A stretch of 62,437 nucleotides of DNA, filler included, from Porpidia crustulata (Eukaryota): NCBI GenBank assembly GCA_964255105.1. It is 11 parts of 11 records of this genome, joined end to end, with 100 filler letters (N's around TTAATTAATTAA, not from the genome) between each part and the next. Parts side by side here need not be neighbours in the genome. Positions count along the whole stretch, not along the records: positions 34,184 to 39,763 come from CAXUWE010001765.1; positions 39,864 to 45,437 come from CAXUWE010001766.1; positions 45,538 to 51,110 come from CAXUWE010001767.1; 8 more parts are not named here. One strand, 5' to 3'. The notes below the pieces were generated by a model, which saw only the letters and a program-made list of their open reading frames with translations, was not told the origin of the DNA and did not search any database. The position numbers and the translations under genes are program-made. Below are positions 37,194-48,853 of the stretch, in pieces; positions within the stretch are counted from its first letter, which is position 1; each line of letters begins with the position of its first letter.

Positions 37194-37966
37194 CTACTTT
37201 TCACCCTCAACTCCAAAAACCTTGACCCTACCCTCAATACCCGCAAATTCCTTTTCTACTCCACCCCGTGGCGGTCCATCGGGCGTCCCAAATACGAGCT
37301 GTGCATTACAGACCCAGCTGGAGGGGAGATTCCACGTCTCATTCAAGGTGGGTCCAATGTATTTCTGATAGTGCTGCAGATTGCAGCCGAGGCCTTCAGC
37401 GCAGAGAGCCGTCCATGCTGTAGGCAAAGAATGATTAGTGGCAGATATCAGATGACAAGCGACAGAAACAACGGATTACCGATATATTGCGCCATGCCGT
37501 TCGAATGCTCGCCCCACTCAGGAAAGTTCTTGATTAGGTTACCGAGCATGGGCGGCGTTTTCTCCACAGCCTCTGAGTCGTCGAAGAACAGGACCTGCGA
37601 GTAAACATGAGGGTCAGTTCGTTGCATTGTAATGTCTCCAGTCGTCAGACTCACGGTACCGTGAGCCTTCTTGAATGCCGTCAAGTTTGGAATAAAGCGC
37701 GCATTGAAAAGCTCGGCCGGGGTGGCCTTTTGGCTCGCGGTGTAGGCCAAGTCCCACAGCTTTTCGTGGTCGGCGCCTAGTAAGACAACGGCACGGGCAG
37801 ATTGCACATGGAAGGCCGAGGGGGTGTGAAGGATGGAATGCTTGACGAGCTCGATGATCCGGGCGTCAGGGATGGTGGACTCTTTCTTGAGGTCGACTGT
37901 GGAGCGTCGAACTACAGTCGCTTCGAGGAAGGAGTGCCTGGCGGCCATGTTGATTTTGGCGGCCAT
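37194..37966 (-). CDS. Nitroreductase-family flavoprotein (Hbn1/Frm2-like)
   Basis: Exons 37966-37655, 37594-37480, 37417-37194. Motifs RRS, HTPSAFHVQSARAVVLLG..HEKLWD, GTVLFFDD, WTALCAEGLGCNLQHY, AQLVFG. Confidence 0.9.
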
Positions 37967-39664
37967 GACAATCTGTGAAAGTTGATGAAGTTCAGGATGA
38001 AAATGGTGTGCTGGATAGAGAGCGATGAAAATTGGACTGCAATTAACACTGGTTTAAAGAATGAAAGTCTTCTTCACCCGGGATGTCTGCAGATTTAGAA
38101 AAGATACTAGGCTTATCTTATATCTACAGATATTCTTCATCCACAACAGTCTCTCGCCAATTGCAAAAGACCGAAGCAGCGATATATCCGCGTTTCAGGT
38201 ACTAGATCCGTAGCGGGAAGGATGAGGCGCAGTCTGCTCGAAGGAAGACATCCTCAATTCCCAAAGATTAATTTCACCATTTGAGACTGAGTGCAGCATA
38301 AATAGGTACTCGATTAAATTGGTTCACGTTTCCCATGAAATCGAGAAGGTTGGTGGAGTCCTATCTCCTTGCACCACCTCTCCCGCGATTCTCCCGAGGT
38401 CATGCGCTGCAAACCTTAGTGCTCGAAATGAAATGAAATTCGAGGCGCGTCAGACCGACCCTCTGTCTATCTTGAGTAACACCAGACAGGATTCGATGTT
38501 GGTCTTCTGTCGCAGATCTTGCAGGCTTTTTATATCGTCTGCCCAACGTCGTCCTGTGTTACAACAACATTATTTTTACATTCTCCCAGTTCAATGTTCC
38601 CATCGTGGCTTTGATCGATATAGCATGAAGCATTTCAATGTGTTATTGAGCCTGAGAAGTCTTTAGACAAAGTGGCCGCTAAGGTATTTATTTAGAGGTG
38701 ATTGTCAGTCGATTATCTAATTGCTTTAAATCTAGACAGACATCCAAACGGTTTTTGATAACGAGTGAAAGGCTCAGTCTCGTCTATTTCAGATTAAAAA
38801 CATTGTTATTCTTCTAAGCAACCGAAATCTTCAACTCCGATTTGTTGATCGCATTGGGCGGCCAAGCACAGCCGGCGGGTTCAATTCTCCATCTGCATTG
38901 ATGCTACCTCAAGAGTCATAAACTGCTATCTTCTATTATGGTTTCAGGTATAGCAGACAAAAATATGAACCTAATTAAACCGGCGTCGACAATATTCCAC
39001 TTGTCCTCTCCCTTGTTGTTGTCAGTATCGTCAGCGGTGGCATTTTGTTCCACAAAAGACTGTGAACAAGATCAAGGAACAGTCGTCGGTTGGAACGATA
39101 TCGGCCTTGATCCGTTGTGAGGGATCTCTTCACACATCGTATTACCTCAATGGATATATCCTCCTGGATGTGTTATATCGAAACCCCGTATATTAATGTT
39201 CTTCAAGCAATGACAATAATCAATTTAGACTCGCAATACAGAACTCAAAGCATTCCACCCATCCATGTACTTCATACGACCTCGCTCTCTTCTCTCTGCT
39301 ATCATCTCGAAGTCCCAAGTCTCTAAATACAGAAAGCGAGTACCCATGTCAGTTTATGATATTTTAATAAGTCGCCCGTCGATGTTGATATAATACCTTT
39401 TCATACACATGCGCTAAGCCTTACAGTACGGCGCTATCGGTGTTCGGACATCCAATCATTCCCGCTGACACCGACGGTGAGCAACAGCATCAACTCCCTC
39501 CACTGTAATTTGCATTTTCGTAGTTCTCTGACTCGAGATGTACTCCCTCCAATCGTCCCTGTGAAACCTACACTCATCCTTGTTTCAGCCGGTCACAGCA
39601 GGTAAACACCGCATGGATCGTGCGACCGCCCTGCATTCCCATGACCTGATCTGAGACACTCACC

Positions 39665-39725
39665 ATGCATTTCCTATGCCTGCACGGCAAAGGCACCAGC
39701 GCCTCCATCTTCAAACTCCAAACAG
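39665..39725 (+). CDS. First exon of an FSH1/DUF341 serine hydrolase (LovG-like esterase family), cut by contig end
   Basis: CACC-ATG, MHFLCLHGKGTSASIFKLQT, then donor GTGAG. Confidence 0.75.
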
Positions 39726-39863
39726 GTGAGCTCTCCATCCCCTCCCCCCTTTGCCCTTCGAACNNNNNNNNNNNNNNNNNNNNNNNNNNNNNNNNNNNNN
39801 NNNNNNNTTAATTAATTAANNNNNNNNNNNNNNNNNNNNNNNNNNNNNNNNNNNNNNNNNNNN

Positions 39864-41107
39864 GTCGCGGGATCAGTGTAGATGGAAAAGTCCTGGGCTG
39901 AAGTCTCGGGTTTATCGATCGTGTGGCTGACAGTTGGTGTATGATCTGCAGTGTTGGTTCTTGGGGTATCTTGCTCAGCGACGGTAGGGCTGGACGTTTG
40001 TTGCAGGTCGAACGAGCCGGCGAGTCTTTCCTCTTCTGTCCGGTTGTGGTGGAATGTTGGAGGGTCTGAGACGGTGCCGCTGCTGGTTGATGAAGGTGAG
40101 TGGAGCTTTGGGCGAGGGATTCTGGACCCTTTGAAGATGTTGTTTCTGGGGATTTTTCGCTCGCTCATATTTTCTTCCGCGTCGCTCTCCTCCCGTTGGC
40201 GTTTCCTTGAATGGCTATTACTGCCCAAAAGATTTTCTTGCGCGGGATTCTTTACAATCAGGTTAATATTGACGACAAAGTTCCCCGTTCCACTAAGATG
40301 ACTTCCGTCGGTGTTGCTGATTTGGACGTTCACATTAACAGGATTCGTCTGGTACTGAGTCAAAGAATTGGGTGCAACTGTAGAATTCTCCTCGTCGCTA
40401 GGTTCAGAGAGAGGATATCTGTTTTGCCAGGTAATGTGGTTTGAAGAACACCCCTTGCCGTCATTTTCGAGGCTATGCGTTTGTTCACGACCTATATCGG
40501 TCCTTGAGCTGCTACTATCCCGGTGGCTGGCCTTCAGCTGGCAATGCTGGGAGTCTGATACACCCTTGTGCTGGCTCATTGTGTCCGTTATTACTCCGGG
40601 CGTCTCCTCGTCTGTCAGTCTGGATAGAAAAGCTTTATAGTCACTCAAGTTTCGATTTAAGGGGGGTCCACTAATGTGAATTCTGGGATTTTCTGCTTGT
40701 CCTCGATCCAAACTGGTCTTCGAGCTTCCATTGCTCCCATTGACGGCCTCCGTTCGATGGCCCTGGGTAAGTGGCACACGTTTACGCCGGTTCAAGATAT
40801 CCATCACAGTTCTCGAAATTATTTCGTCGCTTGCTTCGGAGTCCATGATTCCGATATTTCTCGACAGCATGTTGAAGATCTCGGTACATGTAATACTGAT
40901 AATCTGCGTGCTACTTGTACGAGGCGGATGAAATCCAGGCTCGCCAGAAACTCGATCCATATCGCAGCTCGAGCCGTCGTGTCCCGAAGCTGGCCTGCTT
41001 GAAATTCGTAAGAAGCGGAGAGGGTACAAATGGTGTGGAGAGTGGAGAGCGGGAGGTAGAATACCGTGTAAGATTTTAGGAGCTTCCCAGTGTTGAGAGG
41101 GGTCCAA
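39864..41107 (-). CDS. Hypothetical low-complexity Ser/Thr-rich protein, 3' truncated; true start uncertain
   Basis: More than 400 open codons with a basic NLS-like patch (SRKRQREE...RKIPR); no recognised domain. Confidence 0.45.
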
Positions 41108-42070
41108 TAATTGTGACGAGGAGATTGCAGAACAAGGTGTTGCATCATACTGAATGTTCCTGATCTCAATGATTTGATGACTGAAAAGTCAAAGGATTTC
41201 TTTGACTCTGCTTCTCATGACATTGATCCTCGGAAGTCACAATACCTGGATCATCTTGCTTAGACTTGGCGAAGTAACTCATTCAACCATGTGCGTTGGG
41301 TGTTGATGTACTTCTTGTCACCCTTCCCATTCCTTCATTATCTCTTATGATTGCTCTGCTCACTGATCAAAGTTGTGCGAGATCCATACCGCCACCGAAC
41401 ATTGACATTACCATCCTCCCTTTTTACCTTGGCCTTCCTATCTTTCCTTGGTGTCATTTCTCGGACGGTAGGGCGACTGAATCCTTTGTCCCTCGAATTC
41501 AGAGCTAGACTCCTCAACGACGGGTTTTATACTTATACTGGTGATCGTGAATCTCGATTTGCCAATCTAGAAACTCCAGGCACGAGTCGTATTGTCTCCG
41601 CTGCCAGTTATCTGGCTATGTCAATTGCTATATTCATCAAAGTGCGCCGACAAAAGCTATTCTACATTATTTTTGGGTAAAACGTCATCATTATGCTGGG
41701 CTGCCACGTCTGAATCGCGACCGGAAATGTCGGTTCCCCGAATGGTGTCGAACAGACTTTGATTTCTAGCTTCCGGAGGAACACTTCCTTCTCCAATGGT
41801 GAAAGATCGCCGGACTCGCGCTTGACGATGGTCAACTACTTGCGGTTTCGCATGTCCATCTGAAACATCCGCCAGCGCCAAGGTCAGTCCTCGTTGCTGT
41901 TCATCTCGGTCCATCAATCCATCACCATCGTCATGGGAGGGCTCCTGTCTACCAGCAAAGGACTTTTCGCCCTGGTTGGGTGGAAATCCTGCCTTCTCGA
42001 CTGGAGGCTGTGCTCTGTCATCCATAAGCCTTCGGAAGGCATCAAGGATTGTTGGAATATCATGATTTCC

Positions 42071-43678
42071 CTAATTAGAGTCGTCAACACTACTGATAGT
42101 CTGACTACGTTTTAGCTGGTGGCTTGGTGGGGACAACTTCCGCCAACCCGTCAGCAATTCTGTAGCCTCGGGTAGTCCTGCCGCCATCTCAGTCTGATTC
42201 TCTTCATGCTTAAAGGATATTGGTGGCTCCCCTGTCGTTCCTGAACTATGCTTCTGTTCCGTCATCTCCGGTGTGCTGTATGAAGAGATCTGTCTCTCAA
42301 TTCCTTGACTAGATTTTGGTGAACTCATCCGTGGCCCACTGCTGCGCTGACTCGATGGCACACCAATGCTGACCGGCGACCGACTGGTAGACTTTAAGTC
42401 CTCACGGTTCGAGACCTCGAAAGGTTGATGCCTAGGTTCGGAGGGTGCAATAGTGCCTGGCTCATCGCCACGTTGTACTAAGTCTAGTGCTGACCCGGAA
42501 GACAGGGGCGATTCAGGATCGTGGTACTCCCGACCACGGGACGATGGCGATGGGTGTCTTGCGAGCGTCGGTGGAGGACTCGTTCCAGGTTTGTAGAGCC
42601 TAGGAGATCGGACGCGGGGAGGACTGGGAACATTAAGGATGAATTGCGGATTTGGTCGAGGAAGTGGGGAAGGGACACGCCTGGAGTCTTCTGGTGTTGG
42701 GGAGTGGGCACGATAAACAGAGGTACCATGTGAGCGACGATCAGAGCCTGGATCTAACTGAATAGTGCTCTGAGATAAGGAGGTAGGGCTTGGTGATGGC
42801 GTTTCGTCTGGCGGTGATGCTTGATCGCTAGCGGAGACTTCTCCGTTACCTTGAGAACTGCTAGGTGTGTCTGGCGTTCGCACTCTCGTCGAGGTTGCCG
42901 AAGCGAGTTCCCCGAGAGTTTCCCATCTGCTAGGGCTTGCCGCAGTGGCTCTTGAATCCGGAATTGAGGATTGTGGCATTGCCGACGTGGGAGCTACCGA
43001 TCGAGAGTAGAGGGTATCAACAGCGTCGCGTGTCTTTTCAAGCCAGTTGTCCACCTCGTCAGGTGTCTTGTAAGTGCCTCCACAGGGGACCGCAAGCCGG
43101 AATGCTTCGTACGAGAGCGCCCATTTCCGCTGATTGTAAAGAGCCATACCCATCGTGAAATGACAGAGTGCCGTCAAAGGTTGGTTTTCTAAAGAAATTG
43201 CCTCTTCATGTGCATAAACCGTATGATTTTCCATCTCCTTCCAATTTATTAACAATGCTGCTACTTCCGCTCTCATAATCGATATTTCCACCAGCTCGTG
43301 CGTTACACTGTGAGCGAGCTTCTTGTATGATACTTTGGGCTCTTTCCGCGCCGACGTAGCGTTTTCATGTAAGCTAGGATCGTTAGATGGGCCTGATCGA
43401 ACATGCGACCCTACGTTTAAGGAGGATCTGAGCTGGTGCTCTGTTCTATCAGCTTCGTCCATGGGCTCTGGCGTCTCTTGTCTAGTCTGCTCACTAGCTA
43501 CAGGGCTGTTAGACTCCTGTCCTTGCAGTGACTCCAATCGTACATGCTCTTGAATGACGATGGAACCACCTCTGACTGATGGCGTCTCCGGCTTCTGCGA
43601 ATCGTCCGGGTCTCGGGAGGTATTCAAAATCGATTCAGTACGTCCCCATGACCCAGGTATCCAATTGGCTGCTGGCAT
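42071..43678 (-). CDS. Hypothetical protein with a short TPR-like helical segment and a Pro/Ser-rich tail
   Basis: 535-aa ORF; AHEEAISLENQPLTALCHFTMGMALYNQRKWALSYEAFRLA has TPR-like periodicity. The frame stays open past the TAG to 41657. Confidence 0.6.
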   Translation of the reverse strand: MPAANWIPGSWGRTESILNTSRDPDDSQKPETPSVRGGSIVIQEHVRLESLQGQESNSPVASEQTRQETPEPMDEADRTEHQLRSSLNVGSHVRSGPSNDPSLHENATSARKEPKVSYKKLAHSVTHELVEISIMRAEVAALLINWKEMENHTVYAHEEAISLENQPLTALCHFTMGMALYNQRKWALSYEAFRLAVPCGGTYKTPDEVDNWLEKTRDAVDTLYSRSVAPTSAMPQSSIPDSRATAASPSRWETLGELASATSTRVRTPDTPSSSQGNGEVSASDQASPPDETPSPSPTSLSQSTIQLDPGSDRRSHGTSVYRAHSPTPEDSRRVPSPLPRPNPQFILNVPSPPRVRSPRLYKPGTSPPPTLARHPSPSSRGREYHDPESPLSSGSALDLVQRGDEPGTIAPSEPRHQPFEVSNREDLKSTSRSPVSIGVPSSQRSSGPRMSSPKSSQGIERQISSYSTPEMTEQKHSSGTTGEPPISFKHEENQTEMAAGLPEATELLTGWRKLSPPSHQLKRSQTISSVDDSN

Positions 43679-44006
43679 TTTGAGTGGTGGAATGCGAAAG
43701 CAATGACACTTTAAAGAGTCATTCGAGAATTCAGGTCATGAATTTTGATTAGTAGCCATAGACAAAGATTCCTAATAACTAGGAACGTGAGAGACGTAAT
43801 TTCAAGCATAAACAAGATTTAAACTACGGATTCGGGACAAAGGAGCAACAATCGCGGTTGATTTCCGGATCCGGAAAAAGGGTCACTAACGTATAATGAG
43901 ACGATCGATTGGATTTGTATTAAAGAGATTATTAGATATAATGGGCCAAATATACGAGATTCTCAACCTGCAAGTGCGGATCAAACACCTATAGGTATTG
44001 TGAGTG

Positions 44007-44774
44007 TCATAGGGAACATTTCCTCTTCAAGTCGTTCACAGTTAATTCCTCTAGCTTCTGCTGTGTGATTGTCAAATACTCCTGTATGACGTCGGCATGT
44101 GCTTCTGTATGCGAAGCAAGGATAAAACACCATCTAGCATCAAAAAATCTGTCGAGATGAAGGCAGCACAATCCTTTATGAAATTCAGCTTTCCCTGCGA
44201 GTGAAGCTTGCTCCGCCTCATGCGCTATACTCAGACATTCTTCGGCGTGACGAAGCGCTCCTTCGAGATCGCCATGAGACCTGAGTATAGTGCAGTATAA
44301 TAGTCCAGCGTTTATACGAAGACTGGGCTTCAGACCTTCGTCATTGAGAATCGGGGTTAGCAAGACGAGTGCCTGCTGAGGCTTGCCCTTCCCCCAGGCT
44401 GCTTCAGATTCTGTGAGGAGCGGCATTGACTTTGCAATGGAGAGCCAAGTACCTCCTATCCAAACCGGCGTCTCCGATAGATCAAGATTTCGAGGATGGA
44501 TTTGCGTCGGTTTTCTAACGTCGGATGATCGTACGGCATCCTGTGCACAACTCAACAAACGATGCAACTCTCGATTCTGGTTGTGCAATTCGCGGATAGT
44601 AGACTCGGCATACTTTATTTCGATGCTCAAGCTATCTCGTTCGTCGATAATCCTTGTTAATCGTGCGTTTATCTCGGCTCTGACATCAGATTGGGGATGG
44701 GAGTGGACAGAATCGCTCTTCATCACCACCATTGAAGTGCTGTTGTGACTTTGGTTGGGTGGCGAGGCATTCAT
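44007..44774 (-). CDS. Hypothetical coiled-coil + TPR-like protein
   Basis: 255-aa ORF; heptad segment EINARLTRIIDERDSLSIEIKYAESTIRELHNQNRELHRLL and TPR-like ALRHAEECLSIA...AGKAEFHKGLCCLHLDRFFDARWCFILA. Confidence 0.65.
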   Translation of the reverse strand: MNASPPNQSHNSTSMVVMKSDSVHSHPQSDVRAEINARLTRIIDERDSLSIEIKYAESTIRELHNQNRELHRLLSCAQDAVRSSDVRKPTQIHPRNLDLSETPVWIGGTWLSIAKSMPLLTESEAAWGKGKPQQALVLLTPILNDEGLKPSLRINAGLLYCTILRSHGDLEGALRHAEECLSIAHEAEQASLAGKAEFHKGLCCLHLDRFFDARWCFILASHTEAHADVIQEYLTITQQKLEELTVNDLKRKCSL

Positions 44775-45250
44775 TGTGATCTAGGTCAATAGGATTCCAA
44801 GACTTGAGTATCGAGCAGGAGAAGAATACTGCAAGCAAGTGGAATTCAAACGATGCTGAGCGTATAGAAGGAACCACTGTTTGCTATGGCGGCGTATACG
44901 AAGATCTATAAGCACGTAAGGCAATGAATTTGATCTTCCATTGTAAGATCAGCGACAAAGTCGTTGTTTCAAGATAAAGACGATACCTGAAATGAATCAT
45001 TGTCTGACCAGTAGGCTTTACGGTTCGCTTTCACCTGAATTAGGAGACCTTGGAAAAGCAATACATGTTAAGCCTGCTATGGTAGAGCTAAAAATAGTGA
45101 TAACCATAGTACAGACGAGCAAAGGGAGAAAAAATTGGTCTTGGAGGTTGCAGTGAGCAATTGATGGAACAAAGTTGTTGATACTCTACGACTTCCATTT
45201 GAAGTCTGGGCCCTGATTGGCCCACCTCGGTCTGACATTCGACTTAACTA

Positions 45251-45437
45251 ACGTAGTCTACCCTCAAACGAGACACACCCTCAAACGAGACAGCGCCCCA
45301 CCCCGACGCGTCTTTTCAACAAAATACAAAAATGCCCCCCAATCACAAAGGCGATCAAGAAGCTAGAATCTCCCAAGCTATCGAGGCTATCCATAATAAT
45401 AATTCCCCAAGTATACGCGCCGCAGCCCGCGCCTACG
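45251..45437 (+). mobile_element. 5' end of a pogo/Fot1-family (Tc1/mariner) DNA transposon: TIR plus start of transposase
   Basis: TA (45249-45250) then ACGTAGTCT and two 17-nt-period direct repeats ACCCTCAAACGAGACA. ATG at 45332 gives MPPNHKGDQEARISQAIEAIHNNNSPSIRAAARAY, the psq-type HTH start of Fot1 transposases. Confidence 0.88.
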
Positions 45438-45625
45438 NNNNNNNNNNNNNNNNNNNNNNNNNNNNNNNNNNNNNNNNNNNNTTAATTAATTAANNNNNNN
45501 NNNNNNNNNNNNNNNNNNNNNNNNNNNNNNNNNNNNNGGCGCTGTTTGCAGGGACGAAGGATTGGGGAACGATGCATGAACATATTGGTGGTAGATGTTC
45601 CCACCCCCCAACCGTCAGCCTTACC

Positions 45626-45639
45626 TAGGGTTAGGGTTA
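45626..45639 (+). promoter_or_regulatory. Interstitial telomere-like repeat TAGGGTTAGGGTTA upstream of STN1 (possible Tbf1/Myb site)
   Basis: About 2.3 TTAGGG units, roughly 130 nt upstream of the STN1 ATG. Confidence 0.45.
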
Positions 45640-45770
45640 TATCGACTAGTTTTGATTAGGGCGGACCGCTGGGGAGTGGGAACAAGTACTCTAGTCCTCG
45701 GCATCGAGCTTTCGCTTCCTCGTTCCCCTCAACATCTACTGAAATACAGCGCAGCACCAACGAAAATGCC

Positions 45771-46762
45771 ATGCCCAAACCCCCTCGCCCACCTCTAACA
45801 TTCTACCCAGCCTATTGCTTCCCGCTTTCCCCAACCCACAACGCGTGGGCCCGATTGACTGCCGAGGACGTCCATACGCTGCGAGAACGGTCTGGATTCG
45901 AGGGACAAAACCTTTACTTTTGCCTCAACCATCCTATTAAGTGGGTGCGGCTGGTGGGTGTGGTTGTCGCGGTCGATGTCTACCCTACAAGATGGATCAT
46001 GGTGCTGGATGATAGTAGTGGAATGAATATTGAGGTGACTTGTGGGCGATCTGCAACCCGGGGCTCTACTGGAAAGGACATGGCACCGAATGGTCTAAGT
46101 GCTTTGCGTGGGGCGACTGGCGCTGGCGACGAGTCACAGCTTGGAACGACTGCCACAGGACGCATGGTCGACCTCAAGGGGGTTGATGTTGGCGCTGTAG
46201 TGAAGGTCAAGGGTGGCATTGGGAAGTTTAGGGAAGAGAAGCAAGTGATACTTGAGCGGCTATGTACGTATTAAGATATTCCATCTGTGTTGCGCTACCT
46301 AGTCATTACTATACAAACTTGACTTTTCTAACAATACCTCACACAGCTTTGATCCATACCACGACCGAAGAGGCCACCGCCTGGGCCGAGCTTGCACAAT
46401 ATCGTAACGACGTATTGAGCAAGCCATGGGTCCTGAGCGAAAAGGAACAGATCCAGGCAAAGAGGAAAGCAGAGGGACGGGACAGGCATCGTGAACGTAA
46501 GGAAAGGGAAAAGCGCAAGAGGCTGAAAGAGAAGGCCAAGGACAACACCCATTTTCCAGTCAAAGAGTCAGAAATGCAGGATCACGTTGGCGGAGAAGAG
46601 ACGATCAGAGAGAAAGGGAAGGTGACCAAACTCAAGGCCAAGGGAGACCGGCAGCGGCAGTGTGACAGGAATGCAGGGACCGGGATATTTGATTCCAAGG
46701 GCGCTACGATTCGGGTGCCCAGGCCAGCAGCTTCAGGGAGGTTTGACGCTTTGGGACTGTAG
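45771..46762 (+). CDS. STN1: CST complex subunit Stn1 (OB-fold telomere-capping protein)
   Basis: Exons 45771-46263 and 46347-46762. FYPAYCFPLSPTHNAW, GFEGQNLYFCLNHPIKWVRLVGVVVA, LDDSSG, VVKVKGGIGKFREEKQ, LSKPWVL match Pezizomycotina Stn1 as I recall it. Confidence 0.8.
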
Positions 46763-47150
46763 ATATGGAGCTGAGGGGGAATACTGATTTTGCGTGGCGC
46801 TGGATGGACGGCCTTGACTTGGATATACCCTCTGGAGTACGGTTCCTGGTACATGGAGTTGGATTAATTTGCTGCATTATAACCTACCACCTTGTATAAT
46901 TGTACATACGAAACATTGTATCGTACGGTACTCGAACATTACTTAAAGTGATTCTCACAAAGACGATCTGCTTTGACGGGTGGACGGGTATCGAAACGGG
47001 TATCGAGGGCTACCGAGCGGCAACCAATCAGATAGTCGGTTAGCCACGATGACCTACACGACTTCTTCCGTACGCCGCTTTCTATCCCTGACCCTCTACG
47101 ATTGAACAAGTGCCTACAGTACTTTTCATATATCCTATATCACTACCATA

Positions 47151-48853
47151 ATGATTTCGCGGCAGGCTGTCACCTCGCAGCCCATCAACACCCTCTCCCA
47201 CCGTGCCCTCCCCATTGCCTCGATTGCCTCTCGAAGTATAACGCCCCGGCAACAACGTCGAGGTCTAGCCACCGTGCAAGATGGACCGCCACCTAAGAAA
47301 ACACACTTTGGGGGCTTGAACGATCAGGACAGAATATTTCAGAACTTGTACGGCCACCACGGAGCGGATTTGAAGAGTGCTATGAAGTATGGGGACTGGT
47401 ACAAGACCAAGGAGATAATACTGAAGGGTCATGACTGGGTTTGTACCTTAGCCATGGAATTGTGGAACTTTGATTAATTGTAGATACAGCTGATCTCGGA
47501 GATCAAGGCTTCTGGTCTTAGAGGTCGCGGTGGCGCTGGGTTTCCTTCGGGGATGAAATGGGTATGGCCGTCCATTCATCGTCCAAACGCCTCTATACTA
47601 ACATGTACAGTCATTCATGAACTTTAAAGACTGGGACAAAGATACGAAGCCTCGATATCTCGTCGTCAACGCCGATGAGGGTGAGCCCGGAACTTGCAAA
47701 GACAGAGAAATCATGCGCAAAGATCCCCACAAACTCATCGAAGGATGTCTGGTTGCTGGTAGAGCCATGAATACCAATGCAGCATACATCTACATTCGCG
47801 GCGAGTTCTATCACGAGGCCACCGTCCTTCAACGAGCAATTCAAGAAGCGTACAAAGAGGGGCTAATCGGAAAGAACGCATGTGGCAGTGGCTACGACTT
47901 TGATGTTTACATTCACCGGGGTATGGGGGCATATGTCTGTGGAGAGGAAACATCTCTTATCGAATCACTCGAGGGTAAGCCGGGAAAGCCAAGGCTAAAG
48001 CCACCGTTTCCCGCTTCAGTCGGCCTCTTCGGCTGCCCAACAACCGTCGCTAACGTTGAAACTATCGCCGTGGCTCCAACCATCGTCCGCCGCGGTGCTA
48101 ATTGGTTCAATTCTTTCGGTCGCGAGCGTAATGCTGGGACCAAGCTTTTCTGCATTTCCGGTCACGTGAACAACCCTTGTACGGTCGAGGAGGAAATGAG
48201 TATTCCCCTAAAGGAACTCATTGAAAAACATTGCGGCGGTGTACGTGGGGGGTGGGACAATTTGAAGGCCATTATTCCGGGAGGCTCTTCCACACCCATC
48301 CTTCCGGCGAAGACTTGCGACACCCAATTGATGGATTTCGACGCATTAAAGGACAGCCAGTCAGGTTTGGGCACCGCAGCTGTTATCGTCATGGATCAAT
48401 CTACCGATGTCGTCAGGGCCATTTCGAGACTCTCTTCGTTCTACAAGCACGAGAGTTGCGGACAATGCACGCCTTGCCGAGAGGGCAGCAAGTGGACGGA
48501 GCAAATCATGCAGCGGTTTGAGAAGGGTATGGCGAGAGAGAGGGAGATTGACATGCTTCAAGAATTGACGAAACAAGTGGAGGGTCACACTATCTGTGGT
48601 GAGTACCATCCCCACTCTACGTCTTGCAGCTTTCTACCTCCTCATCGTTCTTTTGATACGGAGATACTAATCTATAATTGTAGCACTGGGAGAAGCCTTC
48701 GCCTGGCCTCTCCAAGGTCTAGTGCGCCATTTTCGACCCGAGTTGGAAGAGCGAGTACGGGGCTACGCGGCCAAGGCTGGAGGGGAATCGAGAGCGGGCG
48801 GCTGGATCCACGACGCGCAGAAGAGGGGTATGCTGATTTCGCCCGGTCAGTAG
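47151..48853 (+). CDS. nuo51: NADH:ubiquinone oxidoreductase 51-kDa flavoprotein subunit (NDUFV1/NuoF), mitochondrial precursor
   Basis: Exons 47151-47438, 47490-47561, 47611-48598, 48684-48853. [44 protein letters not shown], Fe-S motif [12 protein letters not shown]...HTICALG. Confidence 0.98.
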
